A stretch of DNA of 61,000 nucleotides from assembly GCF_001194135.2 (NCBI RefSeq), contig NC_068988.1:65511041-65572040 (forward strand). The letters are read 5' to 3'. Below are positions 12,046 through 25,225 of the stretch, piece by piece. Position 1 is the stretch's first letter; each line of letters starts with the position of its first letter. A model generated the notes under the pieces. That model saw only the letters and a program-made list of their open reading frames with translations. It was not told where the DNA came from and did not search any database. This DNA comes from Octopus bimaculoides (taxonomy: Eukaryota). A program made the position numbers and the translations under genes.

Positions 12046-12552
12046 GTATGGCGAGCAACTTTGGAAGCATATTTTAGCTACAATGTGTAATATAAGGAAA
12101 TATGGCATAAACACGATAATTATAATTTAAATTATATCAATCTTGGTACTTATTCAAAATGGTGACATGAATATTAATTTCTCTCTCTTTAATATATACA
12201 CTCACACGCGCACATGGACACACATAGACACACACATAGACACACACATAGACACACACATTTATACACATATACATTTGCATATACACATGTATGTATG
12301 TATGTATGTATGTATGTATGTATGTATGAATGTATGTATGTATGTACGTGCATATGCACATTTTTATGCGTATAAATATATGTGTGTGTGTGTGTTTGTG
12401 TATTGAAGAGAAAGAAATTAATATTCATGCCATCGTTTTGTACAAGTACCAAGATATTTGATACAATTCAAATTCAAATTATTGTGTTTATGCCATATTT
12501 CTCCATATTACCCATTGTAGCAAAAGTATACTTCGAAAGTTACCCGCCATAC
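12045..12552. mobile_element. Foldback/MITE-like element: ~150-bp imperfect TIRs around a (CA)n/(ATGT)n core
   Basis: Left gtatggcgagcaactttggaagcat...tatggcataaacac...tcttggtact...catgaatattaatttctctctctt is the reverse complement of right aagagaaagaaattaatattcatg...agtaccaaga...gtgtttatgccata...atacttcgaaagttacccgccatac. Confidence 0.8.
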
Positions 12553-12904
12553 TACAGGTAACTCGTTAGTTTCTTTATTAATAAGTCTTTAATGTTATTT
12601 ATGTTCTCACTTTCCTACTTCATGTAAGTCTCATCTCTGTTGCTTATTCGTTGTTTGCCTAACGTCTTTCGTTTTTGTATAGTCTTAAATATCCTAGGCC
12701 CTGGTGGTGAATAAACGGAATTACAATAGCCACATGATCTTCATGACCAGAAGACAATGCTCGGGAGTACGAAAGTGTCCCTGGGAGTAAAATCTCGCTT
12801 ACTCATATATATATATATATATACACCTACCTACCTACCTACCTACATACATACATATGTACATGCACACACACACGCACACACATATACACACACACAT
12901 ATAT

Positions 12905-13077
12905 CAGTAGCTTTGTGGTAAGAAGCTTGCTTCCCAAATACATGGTTCCGGGTTCAGTCCCACTGTGTGACACCTTGGGCAAGTGTCTTTTACTATAACC
13001 TCGATCCAACCAAAGCCTTGTGAACGGATTTGGCAGACGGAAACTGAAAGAAGCCCGTCGTATATATATATATATAT
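12905..13077 (+). mobile_element. SINE family 3, 5' half, runs into gap
   Basis: tgtggtaagaagcttgcttcccaaatacatggttccgggttcagtcccactg tRNA-like head. Confidence 0.85.
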
Positions 13078-14927
13078 NNNNNNNNNNNNNNNNNNNNNNN
13101 NNNNNNNNNNNNNNNNNNNNNNNNNNNNNNNNNNNNNNNNNNNNNNNNNNNNNNNNNNNNNNNNNNNNNNNNNNNNNNNNNNNNNNNNNNNNNNNNNNNN
13201 NNNNNNNNNNNNNNNNNNNNNNNNNNNNNNNNNNNNNNNNNNNNNNNNNNNNNNNNNNNNNNNNNNNNNNNNNNNNNNNNNNNNNNNNNNNNNNNNNNNN
13301 NNNNNNNNNNNNNNNNNNNNNNNNNNNNNNNNNNNNNNNNNNNNNNNNNNNNNNNNNNNNNNNNNNNNNNNNNNNNNNNNNNNNNNNNNNNNNNNNNNNN
13401 NNNNNNNNNNNNNNNNNNNNNNNNNNNNNNNNNNNNNNNNNNNNNNNNNNNNNNNNNNNNNNNNNNNNNNNNNNNNNNNNNNNNNNNNNNNNNNNNNNNN
13501 NNNNNNNNNNNNNNNNNNNNNNNNNNNNNNNNNNNNNNNNNNNNNNNNNNNNNNNNNNNNNNNNNNNNNNNNNNNNNNNNNNNNNNNNNNNNNNNNNNNN
13601 NNNNNNNNNNNNNNNNNNNNNNNNNNNNNNNNNNNNNNNNNNNNNNNNNNNNNNNNNNNNNNNNNNNNNNNNNNNNNNNNNNNNNNNNNNNNNNNNNNNN
13701 NNNNNNNNNNNNNNNNNNNNNNNNNNNNNNNNNNNNNNNNNNNNNNNNNNNNNNNNNNNNNNNNNNNNNNNNNNNNNNNNNNNNNNNNNNNNNNNNNNNN
13801 NNNNNNNNNNNNNNNNNNNNNNNNNNNNNNNNNNNNNNNNNNNNNNNNNNNNNNNNNNNNNNNNNNNNNNNNNNNNNNNNNNNNNNNNNNNNNNNNNNNN
13901 NNNNNNNNNNNNNNNNATATATATATATATATATATATACCATAAGCATTAAATTTGCTTTTAACTTTCTCCTTAAGTGACTGAAGATTACTTTAGAATG
14001 AATTAGTCATTGTGTCCTTTCTTTTTAAGACTGAAGAATGCGATATGAGAAAGCTTTGGTTGGTATTTCTTGCAGGTCAAGATACTCCTAACGTTTGATC
14101 ATTGGTTTATAGGCATTGCTTTGTTGTACTCGGATTTAAGACGAAGATTGAACTAAAAATGAAAGCAGGTAATTTTGATAACAGGATAACTCATAAGGAT
14201 CTATAACATTGAGTTGACTGCTTAAGCAAAATTAGAATCGATTAATGAACGAAGTGCACAATTACCCCTGGAACCTGTTAATTAGATGTAGATCCAATTA
14301 TATTAAGAAAGAATACTGTTAACATCTGAATTTAATACTTTAATGTGAGTCATTATAATTGAAATAGTTGCTTGCAATAACCAAACTATTTCATCAATAA
14401 TTACAATTATAATATACTCGCCGGACATTTAAGTCAATTAATAAGAATACACACGAAGGGAGATAATTACAATATATAGTTAAGCGACACTGAAGTTTCG
14501 ATACAGAGTATGTTTAGATGGAATAGCAGAAGGTAAAATATTGATTGCGATTAGAACACTGTTAATTAACAAATAGTGTCGAATGAGAGATACATGCTTT
14601 TGGGATCAAATGAAAGTAAGCACTGATATTTGGAAATATTATGGTGGTTCTCAGGAAAGGTAAGTTAGGTTAAAAGGAATGTGAGATAATTAAAGAAGAG
14701 AGGTTAAGAGTTAGGTGAGATAAATAATTAAGTGAAAGTTATTGAAAGTGTGGAAGATTAATATTTAACAATAATCAACAGAAATAGAACAATTGAAGAG
14801 ATAGAATAGAAAGGAATGCGCAAGCTTTCGTAGATTACAGGAACACAAAATTATTTGTATGCTATACTACAAAAGTCGTCTACATAAGAAACCTTCACAA
14901 TAGCCAATACAAGATAATGCATAGTGG

Positions 14928-15115
14928 TTCATACAAGCAGTCTATACAAGCAGCCTATACAAGTAACCTATACAAGTAGCTAATACAAGAAGCCGACATA
15001 AAATTCCTAAATAAAACGCTTACAGAAACATACAACACAGTCTACACGTGGATCCTATGACAAGACTGAATACAAACAGCTTGCACAAAATACCTACACA
15101 AAAAGCCTACAAACG
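14928..15115. repeat. Degenerate 13-bp minisatellite (atacaagcagcct)
   Basis: atacaagcagtct-atacaagcagcct-atacaagtaacct-atacaagtagcta-atacaagaagccg, decaying downstream. Confidence 0.7.
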
Positions 15116-16211
15116 TAACCCACAGTAAAAAAATTAAAAGAGACATTAAGAAATTTATGTTTAATGGCTTAATGAGGAAAAAGGGAGTGTGTCCATAATC
15201 ATCATATATAGAAAGTACGTATCAAGGACAGTAGGAAAAACTCGGACGTAAATGATATTCCAGAAGGTTGACATTCCTGACCGTAAAGTTTAAATATAAT
15301 GAAAGCTGTGAGACCTGATGGTTGGTGAGAAGAAGAATGATGCATGCCTCGTGTGGGCCAGGGAGAGATCGGTATGCACTTAGCTCGCCCAGAGAGGTGG
15401 CAGAATGGACAGAATGAGAAGAGACAGTGGGTGGAGGAAAACTTTGGGTGTATGAGCATTTCCCAGTCAGTTGGATGGGTTTTCACTTTCGTTTGAATAT
15501 AGTTTATAATTTTGTGTATGTGATTATATGTGTATGTGTGTGTGTGTGAGTGTGTGTGTGTGTGAGTGTGTGTGTGTATGAGTGTGTGTGTGTAGTAGCT
15601 ATACTGTCCCAGATGCAAGAATGTTGGGACAGTACTGCACAAAGTGTCGTAAGTCGTAAAAATATCTTTGAGATTCCTTCGCTAGTGACAGTTGTGCCAT
15701 TATCAACTCGTTAGGAAAGATCAACAGAGTTTATGAACCCTAACCATTTGTAGCAACTTTTAGGGTTTGAAACATTCTAGGATTATGATGAGGTGGCAGA
15801 GATATTAATGCAGCAAAAACCGCGTTGATGCTCCTTCGTTTTCTTCCATGCTTCTATTTGATCCTTCCAGTCGCAATTGTTCCTCATCGAAGATAACATT
15901 ATAAAGTAATGAAACATTTAAATAAAATACGGTGACCGACTAAAGGTTTGTATGTGTGTGAGTGTGCGTGTGTGTGCTTGTGTGTGCGTGTGTATGTGTG
16001 TGTGTTTTGACATTACAAATTTCATTGTAAATGGATGACAACATTCCAAAGTCACCACGTTCTCGAAACAAAAAGTCAGAATCAATACTTTGGTGTAGAA
16101 TTTTCATGGCGGACACCAAAAAATCGGGAGAAAATAACAACAGAGAAATAAATATTTGTACGTTATGACAATTATCTATCTATCTATCTCTGCAGGGATA
16201 TACACACATAC

Positions 16212-16250
<39 letters not shown>

Positions 16251-17177
16251 NNNNNNNNNNNNNNNNNNNNNNNNNNNNNNNNNNNNNNNNNNNNNNNNNN
16301 NNNNNNNNNNNNNNNNNNNNNNNNNNNNNNNNNNNNNNNNNNNNNNNNNNNNNNNNNNNNNNNNNNNNNNNNNNNNNNNNNNNNNNNNNNNNNNNNNNNN
16401 NNNNNNNNNNNNNNNNNNNNNNNNNNNNNNNNNNNNNNNNNNNNNNNNNNNNNNNNNNNNNNNNNNNNNNNNNNNNNNNNNNNNNNNNNNNNNNNNNNNN
16501 NNNNNNNNNNNNNNNNNNNNNNNNNNNNNNNNNNNNNNNNNNNNNNNNNNNNNNNNNNNNNNNNNNNNNNNNNNNNNNNNNNNNNNNNNNNNNNNNNNNN
16601 NNNNNNNNNNNNNNNNNNNNNNNNNNNNNNNNNNNNNNNNNNNNNNNNNNNNNNNNNNNNNNNNNNNNNNNNNNNNNNNNNNNNNNNNNNNNNNNNNNNN
16701 NNNNNNNNNNNNNNNNNNNNNNNNNNNNNNNNNNNNNNNNNNNNNNNNNNNNNNNNNNNNNNNNNNNNNNNNNNNNNNNNNNNNNNNNNNNNNNNNNNNN
16801 NNNNNNNNNNNNNNNNNNNNNNNNNNNNNNNNNNNNNNNNNNNNNNNNNNNNNNNNNNNNNNNNNNNNNNNNNNNNNNNNNNNNNNNNNNNNNNNNNNNN
16901 NNNNNNNNNNNNNNNNNNNNNNNNNNNNNNNNNNNNNNNNNNNNNNNNNNNNNNNNNNNNNNNNNNNNNNNNNNNNNNNNNNNNNNNNNNNNNNNNNNNN
17001 NNNNNNNNNNNNNNNNNNNNNNNNNNNNNNNNNNNNNNNNNNNNNNNNNNNNNNNNNNNNNNNNNNNNNNNNNNNNNNNNNNNNNNNNNNNNNNNNNNNN
17101 NNNNNNNNNNNNNNNNNNNNNNNNNNNNNNNNNNNNNNNNNNNNNNNNNNNNNNNNNNNNNNNNNNNNNNATAAAAG

Positions 17178-17228
<51 letters not shown>

Positions 17229-17397
17229 CACACGTGTGCATGTGTTGGTGTGTGTGTGTGTGCGTGCGTGTGTGTGTGTTGGTGTGTGTATGTATATGTA
17301 TATATGCGTACGTATATGTATATAGATGTATGTATATTGTCTCTATCTATCTAGCTATCTATCTGTCTGTCTGTTTGTCTGTCTGCATATCTGTCTG

Positions 17398-17450
<53 letters not shown>

Positions 17451-17664
17451 TGTATTTTGCAATAGAGAGCCAATGAAGTAAATTGTGTTTTGAAAGGAAA
17501 CTCAAATAAACCAATGAATATACAATGCTTCACATTTAGAAATAACGATCGTCGAAAAGGAGTTTTAGTGACATTTAGCATATAACTACGGTTAATTTCA
17601 TTCATTAAATGTTCCCAAACTTTGCACAATGGTATTTTGTGAAATGTGTGTGTACATGTTTATG

Positions 17665-17766
<102 letters not shown>

Positions 17767-17798
17767 GTGCGCGAGTGTATACATGTGTGTGTATAATA

Positions 17799-18240
17799 TA
17801 TTGTGTCATCTCTTAAATAATGCGTTTTTTTCAATTGCATGAACTAAAACTCGGAGGCGGACGGGATAAACTACCTGCATCAACTTTCTATAAAAGCAGG
17901 TAGTAATTTTACATTCTACTTATTCTTAGTGCAAGTTTTGAAGAGTGCAGTTCGATTTTAACAGTTATTTTTTCAAAGCTATAATGGAAGTGGCAAAGGA
18001 GCATATTCGACATATTTTGTTTTATGAGTTCAATAAAGGCAACAACGCAACGGAAAGTGCGAGGAATATTAATGCAGTATATGGGGTTCGGAAAATAAGC
18101 ATAAGCGAGTGTCAACGGCGGTTCCAGAAATTCCGAGCCGGAAACTACAACCAAGAAGACGAGAGTCGTCCTGAAAGATATTTAGAGCTCGACGAGGACG
18201 TCCTACAAGCCCTGGTGGAATAAAATCCCATCGTAACTTT
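17799..18240 (+). mobile_element. mariner transposon 5' fragment (TIR-like start and N-terminal HTH of the transposase, ATG 17984)
   Basis: MEVAKEHIRHILFYEFNKGNNATESARNINAVYGVRKISISECQRRFQKFRAGNYNQEDESRPER...LDEDVLQALVE*NP matches the Mos1/Hsmar-type DNA-binding domain. Confidence 0.88.
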
Positions 18241-18316
18241 TTAATATAGCATATTACTCTCCCTCCGGTATTCGAGTACTATTTTTACCGCTTTGTTTTG
18301 CATTTATGTGTTTATT

Positions 18317-18344
18317 CTGTTGAAGAGCGTAGGCTCGAAACGTA
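18317..18344 (+). ncRNA. Degenerate minimal type I hammerhead-like motif in a PLE-type repeat (~18245-18430)
   Basis: CUGUUGA-A-GAGC(GUAG)GCUC-GAAAC-GUA; A6 is replaced by U; downstream ...ccgagcg...ctaataca is shared with the 54867 motif. Confidence 0.5.
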
Positions 18345-18578
18345 AGAGACTTTCTCACCTTCCCGAGCGTCAAACTAATACACCTGCTTGTTGTTGTTTT
18401 CGACCATTGTTTTTCTGTAATTTTCAACTATATGTGTGTGTGTGCGTGTTTGTGCTTATGTATGTATGTATGTACGTTTGTATGCATGCATGTATGTATG
18501 TATGTATGTATGTATGTATGTATGTATGTATATATGTGTGTATGTATGTACGCATGCATGCATGTATGTATGTATGTA

Positions 18579-18786
18579 CAGGGTGTCCACAAAGTCTGGG
18601 TACATGAGAATTAACACATACTTTAAAACATTATTATTTCTTATATTTAATTATGTTATGATTTCATTTACTCCATGTACCCACATTGGGATTAACACAT
18701 ACTTTAAGAAATTATTATTTCTTATATTTAATTCTTTATGTTATGAATTTATTTACTTTATGTACCCAGACTTTGTGGACACCCTG
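18579..18786. mobile_element. Tc1/mariner-type MITE with TA TSD
   Basis: Perfect TIR cagggtgtccacaaagtctgggtacat / atgtacccagactttgtggacaccctg, flanked by TA on both sides; internal ~85-bp direct duplication. Confidence 0.92.
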
Positions 18787-18957
18787 TATGTACCAGTGAG
18801 TCTGTTACTGGTAAAATTCCAACATTTCTAAAGATAGCGTGTTTTTGCTACGTGGTCTCTGTCTACCTTAGGGTTGCAGTCACAGATAAGGTAAAATTTT
18901 ACAGAAGAGACAAATATTTTCAGAGGTTAACTCTAAATTGTGTTACTACTGCAGTCC

Positions 18958-19020
<63 letters not shown>

Positions 19021-19320
19021 NNNNNNNNNNNNNNNNNNNNNNNNNNNNNNNNNNNNNNNNNNNNNNNNNNNNNNNNNNNNNNNNNNNNNNNNNNNNNNNN
19101 NNNNNNNNNNNNNNNNNNNNNNNNNNNNNNNNNNNNNNNNNNNNNNNNNNNNNNNNNNNNNNNNNNNNNNNNNNNNNNNNNNNNNNNNNNNNNNNNNNNN
19201 NNNNNNNNNNNNNNNNNNNNNNNNNNNNNNNNNNNNNNNNNNNNNNNNNNNNNNNNNNNNNNNNNNNNNNNNNNNNNNNNNNNNNNNNNNNNNNNNNNNN
19301 NNNNNNNACTACTGCAGTCC

Positions 19321-19400
<80 letters not shown>

Positions 19401-19503
19401 GCGCGCGCACACACACACACACACACACATTTCGTTGTAGTCTTAAAAATTTTATAATCTTTCGAGAGAATGGGAATTGGTTCTCAAAGCATATAAATGT
19501 TAA

Positions 19504-19538
<35 letters not shown>

Positions 19539-20344
19539 TTATTGAAAAAATATTCTTCTGATTTAATCTTTCTTTTTTATTAAAGTTTTCTGATGTCTGA
19601 TATCAGACTTTTTGTAGTTTGTTTCGTTTGGAATGATAAATTTCCGAAATTCATCGTTATCAACATTTTTAGGCTATCTCAGCCGGATCTTCAGGATATA
19701 GTGTAGTTTTAGCTCCTGTGCTGCTGTGTTTTTATGGTATGCAGCTTATGCTGATAGTTTCCTGCAAGAATTCTTCCAGGGTCGATAAAAAATATATTCC
19801 GTCAATACTGGGATGATATATTAGACCGTTTCTCACTCCAAAATTCTTGTTCAGTTCCTTCTGTTAGAAATCGATATTTATATTATAATCTGGCCTCACA
19901 AAATTGAGCAATTCAATTCTCCAAATTTTCTGTACCGAATGACCTGGTCTCGAGTTTAACTCTGAACCAACTAGTGTGGTCTCTCGAACTGCTAGAAATA
20001 GCAGTCACATCTCTCTCATATTACAACCTACTATCTTAAGAAAAGTATACATTCGCTAGTATTGTCCAAGGTAGACTAGATTTGAAAAACCGCTTCATGG
20101 TAATAACCTGAGTAAATTTTTATCATTTTCATCAAGTGTCTTCTACGTCTGTGTCATCTGACAATAACAACAACAAGAAATGAAAGTCACTCTAGATTTT
20201 GAATATCATTTTCCATAGTATGAAGAAGTACTTGATCGGAATAGAATGCTGGAATGGATTTCGTTCCAGGACAAGAAATTTCTTAAGCGTCAACAGAATC
20301 CTTCTTGTGGCCTTCAAATCTTTCTTGTTAGAAAATATGTTTAC

Positions 20345-20432
20345 CGGATGGCACATTCACCAATTGAATGTTCATCTATGGAATGTCCATCTATGGAATG
20401 TTCACCAATGGATGTTCACCATGAAATGCTCA
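20345..20432. repeat. Degenerate 14-15-bp tandem repeat (tgttcatctatggaa)
   Basis: tgttcatctatggaa-tgtccatctatggaa-tgttcaccaatgga-tgttcaccatgaaa-tgctcatc. Confidence 0.75.
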
Positions 20433-20774
20433 TCAGACATTTTTGTTTGTATGCCCCAATATTAGACAATTTTCTAAAGTAAATATATATAGTGAAAGCT
20501 TATAATTATATTTACAAAATTTTTACTCGTCACTGTTTCTTTACTTATGCAGAATAGGCACGTGTTTCCACACTTACCGCTATTAAATCATAGATCCAAA
20601 ATTTAGCGGGAAACAGTGGATGGCTATATTGGGGTAATCGGTTAGCGTACTTATCGAGAAAATAAGAGGTATGGGTTTGATACTCACGCGTACTGATGTC
20701 CGTTTATTTTTTTCCGCCAGGAGGCTTTATATGTCCTAATATTAGACTATTTTTAGTAGACAATATCCGGTGAA

Positions 20775-20993
20775 AGAAGGCAGGGAGCTGGCAGAATCGC
20801 TAAGTACACCGAGCAAAATGCTTAGCGGCATTTCGTCTACCTTTATGTTTTGAGTTCAAATTCCGTCGAGGTTGACTTTACCTTCATCCTATCAGGGTCG
20901 ATGAATTAAGTACCACTCAAGCACTAGGGTCGATGTGATTGACTTACCCGCTTCCCTCGAAATTCCTGGCTTTGTGCCAAAATTTGAAACCAA
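20775..20993 (+). mobile_element. SINE family 2 copy, plus orientation
   Basis: aaggcagggagctggcagaatcgctaag...gagttcaaattccgtcgaggttgac...tgtgccaaaatttgaaacc. Confidence 0.88.
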
Positions 20994-21114
20994 TATATGG
21001 TGAAAGTTTATAATCATATTTACAAAATTTTCACTCGTCACCGGTTCTTAATTTACGAAGAATACGCACATGTTTACATACAAAGTAGTAAAGTACCTTT
21101 TGAGTCATTTATAC

Positions 21115-21336
21115 TCATAAAGGCCGGTGTCCCGGTTTCCATTGAGTATATATTCCCCAACTGGGTGGGACGTCAGTCCATCGCAGGATTACTAATTTTT
21201 ATTAGCTGAGTGGACTGGAACAACGAGAAATGAAGTGTTTTGTTCAAGAATACAACGCGCCACCCGGTCCAGGAATCGAAACCACAATCTTATGATCACG
21301 AGTCCAAACATTCTAACCACTAAGTCACGCGCCTCT
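21115..21336 (-). mobile_element. tRNA-derived SINE, family 4
   Basis: Minus-strand head gaggcgcgtgacttagtggttagaatg...ggtttcgattcctggacc has A/B-box-like motifs, then gtattcttgaacaaaacacttcatttc. Confidence 0.75.
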
Positions 21337-22300
21337 ACGTTTACATATTCGTGTAATTTAATGTAGTGCGATGTAGTCTAATGCAGCCTGGTGTAGAGCA
21401 ACATAAATTAGAGAGTGATCTATATGTGGTGTAGTGTTATGAGTTTGATGTGGTTCCAATGTTTGTCATGCTATAATGTAGATGTCTAAAGTCATCTATT
21501 GATATATTGATAGTTCAATATTTCAATATCGACATCGACTATTTTGATGCAATTTGATTCAAAGAAATTTAGTTCCACTCTAGTTTGGCTCCACATAGAA
21601 ACAGGAACACTGCCAGACTCACTAATAACAACAAAAAGCGCCACCATCACCACCACCACCACCGTCAACAACAACAACAGCGGCAAAACACCACCACCAC
21701 CACCATCACCATCACCACCATCAGCACCGGCAGCTTCCTCTGCGGTGTCTATCATATTTTCATTGCACACAGATAAATATTTATGAAATACATTTGTAAA
21801 GAAAATAAAAATCCATATAATATAATAAAGGAAAATGATAGCGGCTTAACTATATTGGTATTAACATTTTTTTAGTGGAAACTGTGGTTATTGCAGTTGG
21901 CTGTTGCTATTGCTGTGGCTGTTGTTACTGTCGAGTTACATACAAAGTTTATAGTTACTGTTAAATAAAGTCACAACGTTATGAGGTGGCGAATAAACTT
22001 GGAATCCAATGATGATTTTCTTACATTGAGAAGCAATAAACTTTCTCAATGGTTGTTTAAACACATCACCCTCTATTTGTATTTTAGAGAACTAGTCGAC
22101 CACTCGCTCATTATTCCATAACTTTATGCATTAACCTCTCTCTCTCTTTCACTCTCACTCTCCCTCTCTCTGTGTTTTTATATCCCATTCCATTTCACTC
22201 ACTCACAACACATGCACGCACACGTAAGCATAAAAACACTATCTACTGTCTATCGGTCTATTTACCTGTCTATCCAATAATCTATCTATCTATCTATCTG

Positions 22301-22361
<61 letters not shown>

Positions 22362-22724
22362 GTGTTTATCAGTCTGTCTATCACATACACACACGCGCTC
22401 TCCCTCCTCCTCTGTGTGTGCCTACACGCACACATTGTGTATATTTGCATGGACAAAGTCGAATGTTTAAGAAATTCAATTCGTAATCATAAAACCGAGA
22501 GTTCATTCCCACAGCGTGGCATCATCGGCAAGTATCTTTTACCACCGCCTCACGTTATCCCAAACTCAGTTTAGACTAAAACGTTTGAGGCCAGTCTATT
22601 GGATTATACCTCTAATTTAAAGGACCAACATTTCTCGCAAACTTTTATGTTGACTCTAACCGAGCATCAAGTTAAGGGAACTCCTGTTTGTAGAACATTT
22701 AAACTTTTGCACTATAAGACACAG

Positions 22725-22850
22725 ATGCGGCTGTGTGGTTAAGTCGATCACTTTGAAACATTGTTGTTTCGGGTTCAGTCTCTCACTTCGCTGTACCTTG
22801 AGCAGACGTCTTCTGAAACGACCCGGAGACGAACCGAATTGCCAGTGTAT
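22725..22850 (+). mobile_element. Degenerate SINE head (family 3-like)
   Basis: gcggctgtgtggttaag...gggttcagtc...gtaccttgagcagacgtcttc. Confidence 0.6.
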
Positions 22851-22855
22851 GTATG

Positions 22856-22892
<37 letters not shown>

Positions 22893-23501
22893 NNNNNNNN
22901 NNNNNNNNNNNNNNNNNNNNNNNNNNNNNNNNNNNNNNNNNNNNNNNNNNNNNNNNNNNNNNNNNNNNNNNNNNNNNNNNNNNNNNNNNNNNNNNNNNNN
23001 NNNNNNNNNNNNNNNNNNNNNNNNNNNNNNNNNNNNNNNNNNNNNNNNNNNNNNNNNNNNNNNNNNNNNNNNNNNNNNNNNNNNNNNNNNNNNNNNNNNN
23101 NNNNNNNNNNNNNNNNNNNNNNNNNNNNNNNNNNNNNNNNNNNNNNNNNNNNNNNNNNNNNNNNNNNNNNNNNNNNNNNNNNNNNNNNNNNNNNNNNNNN
23201 NNNNNNNNNNNNNNNNNNNNNNNNNNNNNNNNNNNNNNNNNNNNNNNNNNNNNNNNNNNNNNNNNNNNNNNNNNNNNNNNNNNNNNNNNNNNNNNNNNNN
23301 NNNNNNNNNNNNNNNNNNNNNNNNNNNNNNNNNNNNNNNNNNNNNNNNNNNNNNNNNNNNNNNNNNNNNNNNNNNNNNNNNNNNNNNNNNNNNNNNNNNN
23401 NNNNNNNNNNNNNNNNNNNNNNNNNNNNNNNNNNNNNNNNNNNNNNNNNNNNNNNNNNNNNNNNNNNNNNNNNNNNNNNNNNNNNNNNNNNNNNNNNNNN
23501 N

Positions 23502-23532
<31 letters not shown>

Positions 23533-24759
23533 AACACATGGATATACATGTATGTGTGTATGTGTGTGAGTGCATATGAATGTATGTATTTTTATATATA
23601 AATACACACATATTTATGCATGTAGGTATACACACAGATTACCCCCACCGCATATATAATGAAATAAATGTACAATTATAATGATAATTTACCAAGAATC
23701 TTACAACCCGGATACACGGAACAGTTTGTAACTTTGTTAAAATAATACGCTACCCGTACCGTACGAAAAAACAACGCTTTAATAAGCTTTTAGTTTTTTA
23801 ATGTAAAGGAGGAAAATAAGATATTTACATGACGAGAAAAAATAATATTCAACATTGACTAATATTAGTTTGATTCTCTAAATAATTCCATTTTCTACAC
23901 CAATCAGTTTACTTCCTTAATTTATTTTGTGATTCCTCCTTTCTTACGTCAGCAAATACGTTGATTTCTCTGTACCACTGATGAGGACTAATGTGAGGAA
24001 AACTCATCCGGAGTTGTTTCCCATACATGTGTAAAAAAATGAAAACTATATCAAGTAATTTTATTCCAATTAGCTTTTTGATGTTCGCTACTTTAAATAA
24101 ATTAACATTTAATTAGGTGAATTAAATTTAGATAAGTTTATAATAAAAGCTGAGTCAACAATTTAAAATATGAAATCATTCAGAGGTGTATGTTGACGAT
24201 CAATATTTAATTTCGGGAATCAATCAATAATTTAATGTTATGAATCAATATTACTTAGATGAAGTTGACCGCATTCAGAACTAAATGAAATGAAAAAAGA
24301 AAACTCTTCATTAAATTTTCCTAATTATCGTTTTTATAATAAACAACGAAATTAAAGGGCAGTGGATTGACAGTCACAGTCGTTTTCGTTTCGTATTCAC
24401 ATACCACCATTAATCGATAAAATATGCCCCTCATACTCTCTCCCTAAATTTAGGAACATTGTCTATGTTAGTAAAAATAATAAAATACAAACTGGAAAAA
24501 AATATATAAACCATAGATTAGATGCATTAATGCGATGTTGTGAGCTGATACATTAGATGGAGAAGGTGAGTTAAAATGAGGGTGGATATGGGGCGGAAGT
24601 GATGTGTGGTGAAGTCAGCCGAGTGCGACTTTTCATAGAAGGTGTCACTTTGTAGGCTAACCGAGGCATTATGAATACAATAACTGGTAGTGCTGCGATG
24701 AATTTAAGTGATACTATAAATGGTAGAAGTAATACTACTATTAATAGTAACATTACCGA

Positions 24760-24861
<102 letters not shown>

Positions 24862-24879
24862 CAATAATAGTAATAATAC

Positions 24880-25225
24880 TCCCCGCTGCAATTGTAGGGT
24901 AAAAGCCCAATGCCCGTTATTAGGTCGTTGTTTAGCCCAAAATGTAGTTTACACATGTACAATTTTGACTGAAACTAGTTGCTTTATTTATAAAGGGTGT
25001 TCGATAAATATTAAAAAGCGTCTTAATAACCATCTTTCATCGTTTAGACTTAGACATAAAGCTAATAATACTTTTTTTTATCTAATAAGATCTGGGAACT
25101 TAAGGAAAGCAAGAGTAGATTTAGCCTTAAATGGAATATAGTACAGAGGGCGCAACCATACTGAGATAGTAGTTATTGATTCGAGCTTTGTTCTACGGAA
25201 ATTTATGTGATTTTTAAGTAGAAAT
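24880..25225 (+). pseudogene. Penelope-like element GIY-YIG endonuclease remnant
   Basis: CNCRVKAQCPLLGRCLAQNVVYTC...IYKGCSINIKKRLNNHLSSFR, frameshift, then LSNKIWELKESKSRFSLKWNIVQRAQPY*...ELCSTEIYVI follows the PLE pattern CNC....CPL.G.C....VVY......Y.G.....K.R...H..SF...LS..IW.LK......W.I......C.LC..E. Confidence 0.85.

Noticed and set aside
15602-15634. 10-bp inverted repeat tactgtccca/tgggacagta
   Set aside because: Too short to distinguish from chance; no supporting context.
23978-24010. CUGAUGAGGAC... as a hammerhead
   Set aside because: Helix II is not closed and helix III is absent; better explained by a short gatgag/ctcatc inverted repeat.
24552-24605. ttag|ATGGAGAAG|gtgagt microexon and nearby GGGGCGGAAGTG (GC-box/ETS)
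   Set aside because: No polypyrimidine tract; single short motifs are expected by chance and lie next to PLE debris.
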